Source: Gnetum montanum
Taxonomy: Eukaryota > Plantae > Gnetophyta
Length of the DNA: 64,000 bases
Assembly: GCA_015680685.1 (NCBI GenBank)
Contig: MNCI01001938.1
Span: forward strand, 1 to 64,000
Direction: 5' to 3'
The position numbers and the translations under genes are program-made. Shown here one piece after another: positions 48,730 through 62,666 of the stretch. The notes below the pieces were generated by a model. The model did not search any database and was not told the origin of the DNA. It was given only the letters and a program-made list of their open reading frames with translations. Positions within the stretch are counted from its first letter, which is position 1. Each line of letters starts with the position of its first letter.

Positions 48730-51700
48730 ATGTGGTAAGGGCTAAGATTCTTCCTCTTCCTCTTCATCTATTGCTCCATTGGATCCTATGCCATCACCTA
48801 GAACTTACATTAAATAAAAATAAAATAATAAATTAGCCAAAAAATAAAGTGAAATGCAAAATTATAATAAAGTAGATAAAAATAATGCAAACTAGACCAA
48901 CCTGAGAAGGACTTGCATCCATGTCTAGGGGTATCCTATCGAGGCTTGCCTCCAAGCATCAGAGGATATCATCCTCCAATAACTATGTCTAGTCCTCTTC
49001 CCCAAGGTCAATACATGTGAGGGTTTTTCATTTCTTTATAGCTATCCATGAGGGTGGCCCTAGTGAAAACCAAGCAAAAGTGACCTCTCCCGAAGGTACA
49101 ACAATGTGTCTATCTTGAGTTCCACTCACAACTACATTACTGGTGAATAGTTCATAAACCTATGTTATGCCAATTGCATCAAGAAATATCTCTTAGCAAC
49201 GATGCTTCATGGAATCATCTATGTACTTTTTATAATATGCCTCACATTATTGTTTATNTCCCTACTCCTGAAGCTCTTGCACCTATTTCCATAGGTGCTT
49301 GTTAATGCATCTACACTCTAACAATGCTCTCATAGATTACAACACATATTTTCTTGCCTTTTCATACACATGATGGGTCACTTACTCCACCGTAGGGGAA
49401 AACTTAGGCACAACATCAACCTGGACCACCTTGTTTGGGTCCCACTTAAGCTGTGAACCTATCATCACATAAGAGGCAAGACAATGTCAGCTATGAACCA
49501 AGTGAGTAAATTAGTAGAGAAAAATAGAAAAATGTACACATACCAATTTTAGGATCTCTTTGTTGTATACAATCTATCATGTCATCCACGAAGCCTTGCA
49601 TGAAGGTAAACCTATCTGGAGCATCCATCCATGGTTGCATATGGAAGGTGGATGTGGATGTTGGGCATTCAGCTGGAAAGATCGATGATTGCAATATAAT
49701 ACACTTAGTGATTATTAGACAACCAATAGCTACGGGTGTAAGAGTTAAAAAATAAAAAAATAAGAAAAATAAAATCAAATAAAAGGAGAAAAATAACAAA
49801 AAAATATAAAAATAATACAAAAAAATATGGCGATGCAAAGCACCTATCCAACAAGCCTTTAGATCTGAGACTGGGGGGATTTCCCATCTGCACATTGTTA
49901 AAGAAATTTTCAAACTCATCCCCTTTGAATTGCAACCCTTCTTCTTCAAGTTGCCTTAGCACTTTACTAGCTTCTCATTCCTCTTCATCTACCATTTGTC
50001 CCTTAGGTTGAGGGACATCATCCTCTATGGGATCTGCTACCACAACAGGGGTCCTCTTGCCTATATCACACAAGTTGAATTTAGAATTGTCAATAATAAG
50101 TATAATATAGCATGGCACATTACACTAGTATTCAATAATGCATACTTGTAATTCCTGAGCACACATCACAAAGCTTAAACCAGAGCTTTTTATCACCCTC
50201 CTCTACTTCACACATGGACTCCTCCATGGGGTGTGGTATCTTAATCTTTATTCTAGATGATCCCACTATCTCAACAATGAGTCATGCCCCTCTTGCTACA
50301 TTTTTAGTGTTGGCTAGTGAGGCCTCTCTAGCACTATCACATGTGTAGTAGGATCATTTGACATTGCCTCTAGCATTACTAAAATAAACTCGCCAATTGC
50401 CTCTGGAGGATTCCATGACTGTGTGGTGTTGAACAGAAGATGAATCCATGGCCTGGAGATTTGATTACTATCTTGCACCACCCATTGGTCATCCTCACAA
50501 ACCACCAAAAACTCCACAAATCTTCATAGGCATGCTATAAAGAATGTTAAGTGCACATGTGATCTTGCCTAGAGGGTGTGGCATAACTTAACTATTTCAA
50601 CACATAGGCCACTAGCAAGGTGAGAGGCCTAGTTGTACAACATCCCCTCTTCTATTACATCCCTTATCATTCAAGATTACTCAACTCCAAGAATCTTTCT
50701 TTGGGAAAGCAGTTTTGGAAATGCATGAGCACAGAAGTTTGGGTAGAGGTGATGGACCATGGGTACCCTTACATCCTTGAATAGTATTCCTTTAAGAACC
50801 TTAGAAGTGCCAAAGCACTTCTTAACATCCCCTTTGTGGTCTAATTTTTATTAGTCTTTTCTGCAACTAGTAAGCCCTCAAAGGGGATGCTAAAGAGGTC
50901 TGCAAAGAATTCATTGGTAATTTTAGAGGTCACCTGCACATCATGAGCCTGTGTGCTGAAGAAATAAATGCTCTTAGTAAAGGAGTTAATGATGGCAATC
51001 ATATCAACCACTAACATACTTTGGCTAACGACCAAGAAAAGGTCCATGAGCCTAGCTTGTTAAAGATTCCTTGTTATCTTCACTGAGGCCTCATATCACA
51101 ACCAATGTTGTGAACTCTCAACCTCATCATATTTAAAGATGAAAGTTGCCTCAGTGCAACTTGTGGCAACCACCATGACTTCTCCTGATTTAACGACAGT
51201 TGTAATAAGTGAAGGTAAAATTAGGAACATGAGAAAAATACAGTAACATGTACATAAAGATGAGTGACACATGACTCACATGGCAAAAATGGTGTTCAGG
51301 ATGGTGGTGGTGGGGCTAAAACCTCCTCCTTGCTTGGTATGCTAGTTGCCCAGTCAATGTCCAACTAGCTGAGAGCTCAACACCTCTTGTAAAACTTAGA
51401 ATATTGGTGAGGGAGTTCCACTAGGTCTATCCTAATCTACCCAATCATTGCTAGATGAACATTCTCAAAAGATGAGAATTCTTGTAGGTTAATAAGAGTT
51501 AAGTTCAATGCCTCCTCTTCATTGTGGAGGCCATCTATGTTAATGGTAAACCTGGCAATGGACATGAGTGGTTAGAATCTTAAGTCATAATCTAATAGGT
51601 AATATAAGAAATTGTAAGTGGACTCACCCTCTAGCACAATAAACCATCCTAGGTGCATTCTAGAAAAGAGTGGGTATGTGTCAAGTAATAAATAAAGTGT

Positions 51701-53580
51701 TATTATTTTTGTGGCACTAGAATTCTGGCATCCCCTAGATCTTGGACAAAAGCCTAAGGCCCCTGTAGTCCTAATCTAAACTCCTTACTCCTTCATCACC
51801 AACAGGCTCATTAGATATGAACCTTAGGATGCCTTGGTTTGCCCTAGGCAATAGTGTTTCTGTTATGATGCCCATTGCTTTTGTCACCAAGTGTGACCAT
51901 ATCATCACATTGAAGTGTTAGAGCAAAAATTTCATGAGTTCTTATGCTCCCGACCTAAACCATACCACCTGGTAACCTACACATGTGTTTGGTGCAGGTA
52001 CATTTGGTATAGGTTGACTCATGCAATACAAGATACCCACTAGCTTAACTACAATGTGGATGGGTTTTAATAGTACCATACAACCATACTAGTGAAAAGA
52101 GAAGAATGCTAGCATTGGATAAAAAAATACATAAAAAATTAGACTTAACATGCTTAACTTTCCAGGAAGCCCCACGAGAAAGGGACATCGACATATGCAT
52201 TTGACATGCATAGTCCCCAACAAGGCACAACACTAACATATACGTTACATATTTACAAACATTATAACTTTGAAAATATTAAAAAACTCACTAAATATTG
52301 GTTACACTTCCCATAGAGCATAACCTTCAAAATTATAAAAATTTTCTATTGGCTACACTTCCCACAAAGCGTAACCTTCACAATTGCAAAAACATTCTAA
52401 GTGTTGGTTACGCTCCCCATAGAGCATAACTTTCAAAATTACAAAATCTTTTGTAGCTATTGATTATGCTCTTTGCAAAACATGATTCTCAAAACTGTAA
52501 GAAATTCTAACTGTCGATTATTCTTCCCTACTGAGTGTAATAATTGCAAAAAAATTCTAAGTGTTGGCTATGCTTCTCGTCGAGTGTAATAACTACAAAA
52601 ATTTTCAAAGTGTTAGCTATGCTCCCTCTAAAGTGTAACAACTACAAAAATTTCCAACTATTAAAAATTTGAAATTGTATGGTATGCTCATTATAGAGTG
52701 TAACCTATTAACTACATTTCCTATAGAGAATTATGCTAGGAAATCAAAAATTTTCTAAATTTTTTGTCATGCTCTTAGGAACATACCCTGGTGTGACAGG
52801 TTTGAGCCTTACAATCACCCTGCCTAGACCATCATGCTTTGTATTCACCTTCAAGTGGTTTGGGCCATGGCTAAAAAAAAATAAAATAGAAAAAATGTGT
52901 TTGCACACAAAATATTTTGACTCTATCCCACATCATGTGTAGATTGCCAAAAAAAAAAACACTTGTTCCATGTGACACACAAGATTCCAAAAAACTCTTG
53001 TTCCATGTTGCATGTGGGACACCAAGAAAAATCCTGGTTTTTTGCTTTGTGTGGGATGCCAAGAAAACCCCTATCCCATGGTATGTATGGTATACAAACC
53101 CTTAGCATACAAAATCTGAAAAAAAAAACCAATAAAAAATTGCACCATGTGCAATCCCTCCCCTAGTCATGACTCATGGCAACTAAAGTGGCGGCGGTGG
53201 TCTCTACCTAGGGTAGGTCACTCTTAAAACCTCAAAACCCGAAGGTGAACAAGAAGAAGGGATAGATATCATAATAGAAGAGTGTAGTGCCTTACCTTGC
53301 CAATGGCATCTCTCACTGATCCTCTATGCATGCCCTAGGAAGGCACCTTAATGTGTGTTCTCCTTTATCCACGTTGTTGAGGTCAGGTGTTGGTGTTCAC
53401 TATGATGCATCATGGTTGATCATCATGCTCCTAGTTTCTTCTTCATCTTTATTATGCTCTAGCTTACTCTCTTTCATCGCTACACTCTATCTCCATTTGC
53501 CTTAACTGTGCTATGCTTGGTGATTGTTTACTTCAACATTGAAAATGATAGGTTGACTATGGTAAAAATCCAATTTATAT
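48730..53580 (-). pseudogene. Antisense multi-exon accessory gene, degenerate copy in C
   Basis: Minus-strand VLLKPIHIVVKLVGIL, NEFFADLFSIPFEG, QISRPWIHLLFNTTQSWNPPEAIGE and PPSWIAIKK align to A and B; GTGAGT donors near 51627 and 51279; TATA at 53573-53579. Confidence 0.82.
52290..52720. repeat. ~45-55-bp tandem repeats (TTGGCTACGCTCCC..AGAGCGTAA..AAAATTTTCTAAGTG) in the 5' part of the C antisense gene
   Basis: About 8 imperfect units; AAAATTTTCTAAGTG and CTACGCT also recur in the family LTRs. Confidence 0.75.
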
Positions 53581-53995
53581 CCTTCTAGGTTGAAGGACAC
53601 GACACCCTCCTAGGGCCTATCTCGTGTCCCATGTGTAATGCAGGATGAGCGTAGCACCTAGAGTTAGAAAATTTTTCTAACTTTTTCAGAATCCCCATAC
53701 TTAGAAAATTTTTTGCATTTTTTTTCTAATTGCCCAACAAACATCCAGCTTAGCCCCACATCTAAAACCTTCAAGGCTTGCTTAAATTGATGTTTCCTAC
53801 ATAAACCATGGTCTTCTATGACCTTAAAATAGTAATTTTATGGCCAATTGAGGCCCCAAAATTACTTTACATACTTTCTTATCTGATCCCACAACTGCAC
53901 AATTAAGCAAATTTTCATAACATTGGCTGCCTTATTTTATGCATTTTTACCTTATTAAGATACGTGCTAATTGACATTTTCTAGTTGTTTTGTAG

Positions 53996-54892
53996 GATTT
54001 TTGGTAGGATTGCAAAATAAATCCATACAAATGTTTTCATGCACCTTTGGTTTTGACTAGATCTTATGAAAATTCCATGAGATGTGTAAACACTGAGCTC
54101 CTAGACTTTGAGCCTATGACTCATGATACAAATGTAGCATTCCTAGAGACATCTCTAGATTGGCCAGACCATCTGGTTAGAGCTCTAGACCTAGAGGTAG
54201 GTGACATAACTGAGGATCTTGTTATAGAAGTCCTTGTAGTAACATGTAACGGCAAAGGGAAGACACTGAAACTTAATTCTTTGTTAGAGCCTCAAATCAA
54301 ACAAATCATCTCTAAAGTCCTTAATGATAACGCTAAGGCATTCACATGGTCCTATGAGGACATGTTGGGCTTGGACCCTTGTATAATACAACACAACATT
54401 ATCCTTGATCCTCACATAAAACCAGTTAAACAAAAAGCTTGCAAAGTCAAACCTAAGGTGGCATTGGTAGTTCACGATGAAATCACTAAGATTTATAAAG
54501 CTAGTTTCATCTAGGCAGTTGACTACACTGAATGGGTCTCAAACATCATAGTTGTCCCTAAGAAAAATTGGAGCATATGCATTTGCATAGATTTCCAGCA
54601 CTTGAACAAGGTAGCCATTAAATATGACTTCCCATTGCCTAGCATTGACCAACTCATAGATACTACAACTAGTCATGCCTTATTGTCCTTTATGGATGGG
54701 TTCTTGGGGAACAACCAAATTCGAACCAACCTAGAGCACTAGCTTAACACCACCTTCATGGCCTCTTGGGGTATGTTTTGCTATACAATGATGCCCTTTG
54801 GACTAAAGAACATAGGAGCAACCTACCAACATGTAATGACATATATATTTAGTGATTATATACTAGACTTTCTCAATGACTACATTGAAGAT
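53996..54892 (+). pseudogene. pol: Pre-RT linker and N-terminal RT of copy C
   Basis: AFTWSYEDMLGLDP..PVKQK, EWVSNIIVVPKKNWSICICIDF, SFMDGFLGNNQI, MPFGLKNIGATYQ; cut at NDYIED by the LTR of E. Confidence 0.9.
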
Positions 54893-57800
54893 TGAAACAC
54901 CACCAATTTGAGGCTTTGGCAGTTAAATGAAAAATTTGTCTAAGTATCAAAACTTAGCAATTTTTTTCTAATTCTAGTGTTATGTTCTATAGTGTAGCTA
55001 GCATAACATACATTGAGCCCTATTTTGTAAGATTTTTCTAAGTGTCAGTAGCAGTCCTATAAAAATATTTCTAAGTGTCCTACTACACTTTTAGTTTTCC
55101 TACTACACTCTCTAGCATAACTAGCATAGCACACACTTCCATGAACAGTTTACCCAAGTTTCAAGCTAGAAGTGGTCAAGGGTTTCTTGGGATAGACAAA
55201 ATAGTTTGGCAAGTTTTCTATCTCCTAGGTTGTCATGCTCACTATGCTCCCCAGCGTACCCAACTTGACACATGTCCTAGTGGCTAGTTCACCCAAGTAC
55301 CAAGCTAGAGTTTGTCAAAAGTGCTCAGGATGGCAAAATAGTTTAGCAAATTTTCTATCTTTTGAGTTTCTATGCTCTACTATGCTCCACAGCATAGCAA
55401 GCATGATGCAGGTTCTAGTGCCCAAATTTTCCTAAGTGTTGGATAAGGATCTATCAAGCTAGCTTAACATGGAAGACATATTTGGTACATTTCCTAACTT
55501 TTGAGGTTGCCTATCCTACTAAACACTAGAGCATAGCTAGTGTGCCATGAAGGAAGACTGTAGATTTTAACAAAATTTGGCTAAGTTCCCATGCTACACT
55601 CCCCAAAGTAGCTAGTGTAACTAGTGTGAAAAATCAAGATTTTGCAAATTTTCATTAAGTGTTGTGTTACGCTCTATAGCGTAGCTAGCTTGACATTAGA
55701 GAAAAGCCTCTAACAACCTCCAAAAGCATCCAAAAATTAGCATCAGCCTTCATCCCAACTTTGACATCTCTCTAGCAACCAAGATCAATAGTTTGTATTT
55801 TTTTTGCATCCCCTATTGGTCCCCAAAATTATCCCTATGCTTGACCCTACTAGAAAGAGGGGGAAGACATAATCTTGGAGCATAGCCTCTAAGTTGTTCT
55901 ATTTTGACACTATTTGTAGGTACATTGCGATCTCTCAAACTCTGGCACATGCAGTCTAGGTAGTGTAATCATAGTTTATTAGTCTCCAAGAACCCGTTGC
56001 TATCCTTTAGAGTGTAACACTTTGCTACTCTCATGAGGGCATGACATGTCAGTGTAACCCCATCTACGCTCATGCCATGTGGCACTCATGCCATGTGGTG
56101 CTCAATCTGCATTTCAAACTAAACCTAGCCCTATAAATACCCCAATGTTCAGCACTCTAGGGGTTGGAAAATCAAAAGAGCATTGGACATTTTAGCTGTC
56201 TAAGCATCCCCAAATTTCTTGTATCTAAGCATCCAAACTTCATAGCTTAGCATCTCTCGGAATGTAGTCCACCATTGCACTCACAAAATGTTGTGATAGC
56301 TAACCTAGTAGGTACAACCTCTCTTGCAGCTACTAGCTCTATGTGTTGGACATCTTAGAGACTATGACTACACTACTATAGTACAAATGTGCTTACCTAA
56401 AGCCACGTACCATTCTCACCTCTTGTCTTGCAAAAGTTACACTCCCAATTTTTGGGACGGTGCATTTCTTTGCTCTCAAGCTCTATTTCAGTTCTTTTCT
56501 AAGAATTTTTCTTTAATATTAAGCATAAATCTTTCATTCTTCTACTATTTGATACAAATTTGCACATTCACATCACTATTCTTGGGCCAAAGCTCTCTAC
56601 TATGCTCTAGCTTAGCTAGTCCTAGTGTTTGTGCATAACACACTATATACCCTTCTTACACATGGTCGTTCTAACACCATGTAAGTCCCTATCTGATCAA
56701 CCAGACCATTTAGGTCACCTCGTCTCCATCTCCTAGCATGATCCTCATATGGATTTAGGATTACATTATACACCCATTAACCTCTTGGTGTCCCAACCAC
56801 TGATGTTTTTGGACATCACAGTTTTTGGCACTAGAAGGAGGGCCTCCCATTCCTTCTGTGTTTAAGGGTAGTCCCATGTGCTTTCTACACCTTTGTTACT
56901 AGTGGTAAGGTAGTGTAGGCATACCACCCCTATGAACCTACCATAGTAATAGTTGGATCATAGGCTAGCATAGGAGTTGTCTACATTTTGATTGGTCTAA
57001 ATTGGTCCAATTTGTTAGTTCCCCTAGAACCCCATAGGATGAAATGCCCAACTATATTTGTCATGTCAGGCTCTGAGTGCTTTGGAGAGCATAACAACCC
57101 TTCAGAGCATAACAATTCCTCAGAGTATAATGAGCATAATGCTAGAGGTAGTCACTTTTTCATAGCATTTCCAGAGTTAGTCATTTTGGCCTATTTTCAT
57201 AGTTTGCATAGTTAGCCATTTTTTAACATTTTCTACACTTGAACATTTTTGTTAGCACCTTATTTTCTCAAATTTTTCTACACAGCAACATGAATCCCAT
57301 TAACACTTCAAATGCTACCCTGAGCATGAAGGTAGTTTATCCTATTCAAAAAGTGGGAGAGATTGAATAACTACTCAATCTTGTATGACAACAATGGAAA
57401 TCACTTAGATTGCATAACCAATCACTTAAATATAGGGCGTTAGATGAAAAATGATACAGTTTTCTTTATGTAAAGCATTAGGTAGGCTTGTCCTTAGACC
57501 ACCAAGAAATAGAAGTGAAGTGTAATTTTGAAATAATTCATCAAAATGGGAAGGAGTTCCTTCCCATCCCTAACACATTCATCTTGCTTACTAACATGTT
57601 TAGGTGGCTCCTAGACCAGCTTACTAGGGTAAGTGGGCCAAAAAAACAAGATGCAATATCAAACTATGATGAGCCCCTACAAGATGGGTAGGAGGAGCTT
57701 GAGTCCCATTCAGATAGTGGTGTCCTCTTTCTTGCTTTTTTCCAATAGCCTACCTCCACTTTTGTGCCACACCAATCATAGTCATCTACTTCTTTGAGGC

Positions 57801-59489
57801 AATGATAACACTTTTGCAACCTAAGTCCATGCTTGTGGTAGCTAGCCACTAAGTCCTACATGTGCAAAAAAGTGTAGGACCTTCTACCACTTTCCCCTTT
57901 GTCACCTCTTTATAGTTTGTGCAGCCTTTCCTGCCAACATCCATGATGTCGACACTACCATATGTGCACATGATGTCCATATCTTAGTTGCAAATAGGTC
58001 ACGTGCCCTTCATCCCACCCATCTTAGTAGCACTGCCAATGATATCCCAAGCCTCAACCATGTGGTGGATCATGACCTTTGTGCCTAAGGCACAACTATC
58101 ACACATGCCACAATACATGCAACAATAGAGTCAACAAGCATCACATGTGGTCACACAACCAGCAATAAGGCTGTGGGCCACTATGATGGAACCACCAGTA
58201 GCACAACGAGTGCAACCCACTATGACATCCCTAAGTTTGGACCAAGAATTCCAACTCATTCAAACTCTCATCGAGAAGGTTATGTGGCTAAAAGTGGCCA
58301 ACTCAGAAATAGTTCATGTGATGGACTTCTATCAAGATGATCTCATCAGTCCTGTGATCCTACCATTAACGCTACCTCCTGGGGTCCAAGTTCCTTAATT
58401 TATAAAATACAATAGTGAGGGGGACCCCAACATCCACTTAGTAACTTTCTATTCTAAATTCTTTCTTTTGCAAGAATGGCCACATGTAGTCATCTACATC
58501 TTCTCCATTTCCCTGACTTACAAAGCTCTTGATTTGTACCATGCACTCACTAGAGCTTCCATATCAACTTTAGAGAAGCTGCTAAGCCAATTTTTAACTC
58601 ACTTCAAGTATAACTTGAAGCTAAATAACATCAAAAAAGGGGTGCTAGAGCCAGTCCAAAAATTTATATAATGTTAGAGTGCTTTCGTCAATGAAATTCA
58701 TGAGCCAATAGTAGAGAATAACCTTCTACCTATCTTTAAGGGTACAGTAAATGACTTTATCAAGTCAAAACTATACTACTTAACCTCGCATTCTCTTAGC
58801 TAAACTTTTTTTCAAACGAATAACATACAAAATGTGGTGGAAGCTAGTAAGGACCTGGCCTATGTGGCCTATAAAAACACACATACGAAGAAGGAAAAAA
58901 AAGGAAAGGTGACAACAATTGTTGCAAATGTGGCCAATGAAGCCAAACCCAACAACACTAAGCGAACAGCCAAGGTGCCTAAGGTCTCAGCCAACAACAA
59001 CTAGGCATTAGGTTTTGGCATTGTAAGGACCAACTAACCTATGCCATTGATGACTATGGAGTAAGTTTCTGAAAGGTTAAAATTTAAGCATAAGGATTAC
59101 TCAAAGTACACATCCTTGCCCATTAAGTTATCTGAGCTCTGAGATCAGTTGCGTGGTGCTAGGCACATTCAACACAAACAAATGTCAGAGGATGCAATGA
59201 AGCACCATGAGAGGTATTATGAGATCCTTAGAAACCTTTTTTCAGCTATGCCAAATGAGCCTCTCACCCCTAAAAACTTTATATTGCACTAGCTTTTCAA
59301 CTATCACTAGTTTCATGGCCATGGAAAAAACTACTACTTGGAATTGGAAGACAACATTCAATGCATGATTGATCAAGGAAAACTAGTGTTTAATGAAAGC
59401 TATCCCATATAGATAAAAAATTAGTTCATGAAGGTCTACAAGGACTCCATCAATGCTAGTGATGCAGGTTAAATCATCAATGCTATTAG
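54893..59489 (+). mobile_element. Tat/Ogre-like copy E (5' LTR 54893-56820, PBS 56826-56842, gag remnant 57290-59489)
   Basis: TGAAACACC..GGACATCACA LTR, PBS TGGCACTAGAAGGAGGG, gag colinear with copy C. Confidence 0.88.
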
Positions 59490-60980
59490 TTAAACACCAT
59501 AAATTTTCAAGGCATTCTTGCTTCACCAAGTTCTTGGAATCCAAGTAGAGGATTTCCACAAGTGCAATGTCATGGTAGTTTGGCAGAAAATGGACCCTTT
59601 GAGTTTAGATTTTCCAGTTCAGAAAATTTTCTACTTCCAATGTTGACAAGCCCAACAAACTCTTCAGCTTTCTCACCTAGGTAGTTCATCCAACTGACAG
59701 TCTACTTAGAAGCAATGCATGGGGTTGTCGGCAGTGCTTAGGATGCGCAAAATAGTTTGGCAAGTTTTCTAGTCAAGAAGTTTGCTACGCTACGCTATGC
59801 TATGTAGCATAGTAGGCCTTGGGAGACAGTTGTTTAGGCAATCAACTGTGAACTGTTGCAAGAAAAAGTGCTACGCTGAGCTACACCACGCAACATAGAA
59901 CAACATAGCAAAGGTAAGACAGAAAGGCCCAACTTACTTAGCAATTTCAATTGCACTCAGCAAGCACCTCTAACCTTCAAAACCAGTTGCTTCTCTTAAC
60001 TTCAAGTTCTTTAGCAAAGCTCCTATTACTAGAAAAGTAGCAGATTAAGCAAAAAAGGTAGGTTATGTTGGTTGCTATGATATGCTATGCTACGCAGCAG
60101 ACCATAGCATAGCAATGATGTAAGAACGGCAAAAGGCGTCTCAAAATGCAGGATCAGCAAGTTCAAGGGCTTCACATCGCAGAGAGAAAAATTTGCAGAT
60201 TGTCAGCATTATCATCAGATGAAGGTTTACAACTTAAGTGCAAATCACAGTTAAGGCCAATTGCTATGCTATTCTATGCTATGTAGCATAGCATAGCGTA
60301 GAAAACATGCAAAACTAACCAATATAGTTTAAAGGCTTACAACACCTACAATTAACTCCAACAAAAATTTCTTCTTCAGACTGGTGGCTATGCTATGCTA
60401 TGCCACATAGCGTAGCACAGTGTAGCAAGCAGCTACACTACACTAACAGGCTACGCTCCATAGTGTAGCACAACGTAGCAGGTGGCTACGCTACAATGGT
60501 GGGCTTCACTCCTTGTCTGCATCATTGGCACACTTGATCCTAGCATCTCTAGTTTCGACAGCATGATTATAGCATGGCAGTCTCATCAACCAGCTTTGCA
60601 TGTCCATGTAGCATGGACACGTCAACACCTTGTGGGTCCCGGACACTTGGTGTCCAAACTGCATCTCTCATGTGCTCCTAGCCCTATAAATACCTAGACG
60701 AGCAACACTCCAAGGGTTGGCAAATCAATTGAAAAATCTCTTAGCAAGTTGAAAAATTGGCAAATTGGCAATTCAAAGGGCATTTGAATGAGTTAGCAAA
60801 AAATTGGGTTGGCAATCTTGAGCATTGTTAATTTTCACGAGTTGACAAAAATCAAATAGTTGGCATTGTTGTTTGACATTTTGGTAGCTCTTTTCTATTG
60901 CCTTTGTAGCATTTTGCATTGTTATCTCTTAAATCCCTGTTCAAGCGTATAGTTGGCTTGCTTTGAACGTCTTGTTCACA
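59490..60980 (+). repeat. Truncated LTR (F) of a related family inserted in E gag
   Basis: Starts TTAAACACCATAAATTTT (cf. TGAAACACC), GCTACGCT/GCTATGCT repeats, and CCTAGCCCTATAAATACC TATA context at 60685 shared with the family LTRs. Confidence 0.65.
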
Positions 60981-61505
60981 CTTGTTCACAAGTTTTCCAA
61001 CCTCGATTACCAAGTGTATTGAGCCTATCACTCAGGAAGTACACGTAGCCTATATTTGCATTGTGGATACCCAGGAGTGGTACACCAACATTAAAGCCTT
61101 CCTACAACATGGCGAGCCCCCAAGCAAATTGACATCTACCCAAAGAGATGCAATTCATAAGCATGCTCAGCAAGATGTGCTCATGGGAGACAATGCTCTG
61201 TGCAAATGCTCCTATGATGAGATATTGCTGGCATGTGTAAATGAGGATCAAGCACAGAATGTGATTAATGAAGTACACAAGGGACTGTGTGGTGGACACA
61301 TAGCACCTAGGGCTATGGCTGCAAAAATTAGACGTCTAGGGTACTATTGGCCTCACATGGAGCATGATTTCTTGGACAAAGTCAACACATGTGATATGTT
61401 GCTAAGATATAAAAATCTCATACACATTTCACCTATAGATTTGCATCCAATGTAGATCACGTGGCCTTTCCAGCGATGGGGACTAGACCTCATAATAGCT
61501 ATGAC
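60978..61505 (+). pseudogene. Tat-type integrase N-terminal (zinc-binding) fragment
   Basis: QEWYTNIKAFL..EVHKGLCGGHIAPRAMAAKIRRLGYYWPHM..WPFQRWGLDLI; homologous to 14750-15260. Confidence 0.85.
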
Positions 61506-62666
61506 TCTCACAGTCACCTTGCCTAGATTGTCATACTTTATTTCTATCTTGATGTTGCCTTAGTTGAGCCCCATCCTACATCATGTGTGAGATCCCAAGA
61601 AAAAATCATATCTTGCACTATGTATGGGATGCTAAGGAAAACCCCTATCTCATGCTGCATGTGTGACATCAAAGAATGCTTGTTCCATGTCATGCAGAAG
61701 ACATTGAGAAAACCCCTATTATGTGCTATGCACGGGATGCCAAACCCTCATAATAAAAACTCAAAAGGCCAAAAAAAAATTGATCATGTGCACTCCCTTC
61801 CTTGGCCATGACTCATGATAATCGTGGCAGTGGTGGTCCCTACCCAAGGGAAGCCACCCTCAAAACTCTAAAACCCAAAATTAGACAAGAAATAAGAAGA
61901 AAAATAGAAATCACAAGAGATAGCATAGTGTCTTACCTAGCCAATGGTGTCTCCTTGTGGTCCTCTAGCTATGCCCTCAAAAGGCACCTTAGTGTGCGCT
62001 CTCCTTCATCTATGTCAATGAGGTCAAGGTGTTGGCTTTCACTATGGTGCATCATGGTTGATTGTTACACTCTCGCTTTCTTCTTTCTCTTTGTTATGCT
62101 CTAGCTTTCCCTCTATCATTTCTATGCTCTATTTTCCTTTGCCTTAGCTGTCCTACACTCGATGACTATTTGCTTTAACTTTGAAAATGATAGGTTTACT
62201 ATGGTAAAACCCCTATTTATACCTTATGGGTTAAAGGACACATCACCCTCCTCGAGCCTATCCTATGTCTCATGCATAATGTGGGACTATCCTATGTCGT
62301 GTGCGTAACGTAGGACGAGTGTAGCACCTAGAGTTAGAAATTTTTTTTCAACTTTTCCAACATCTCCATACTTAGAAATTTTTTTACATTTTTTATGATT
62401 ACCTAATAAATTCCCAACTTAACCACACATTAAAAACCTTCCAAGCCTTGCTTAAACCCATGTCTCCTACATAAACTACGGTCCACTAGAACCTTAAACT
62501 AGAAATTTTATGGCTAATCGAGGCCCAAAAATTACTTTAGATACTTTTTTATCCGAAGAAACAGCTACATAGTTAGACAAATTTTCATAACATTGTCTTC
62601 CTTATTTTATGCATTTTTCCTTATTAGGATAGGTGCCGTTTGACATTTTTTTGGTTGTTTTGCAAG
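61505..62666 (-). promoter_or_regulatory. 5'/promoter region of the antisense gene and pre-RT spacer, fragment G
   Basis: Colinear with 52805-53995; TATAAATA on the minus strand at 62214-62221. Confidence 0.7.

Larger units (their letters stand above)
41139..54892 (+). mobile_element. Tat/Ogre-like LTR retrotransposon, copy C (interrupted in RT by copy E)
   Basis: LTR, PBS, gag-pro, repeat cluster, antisense gene, RT start; same order as B. Confidence 0.88.
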
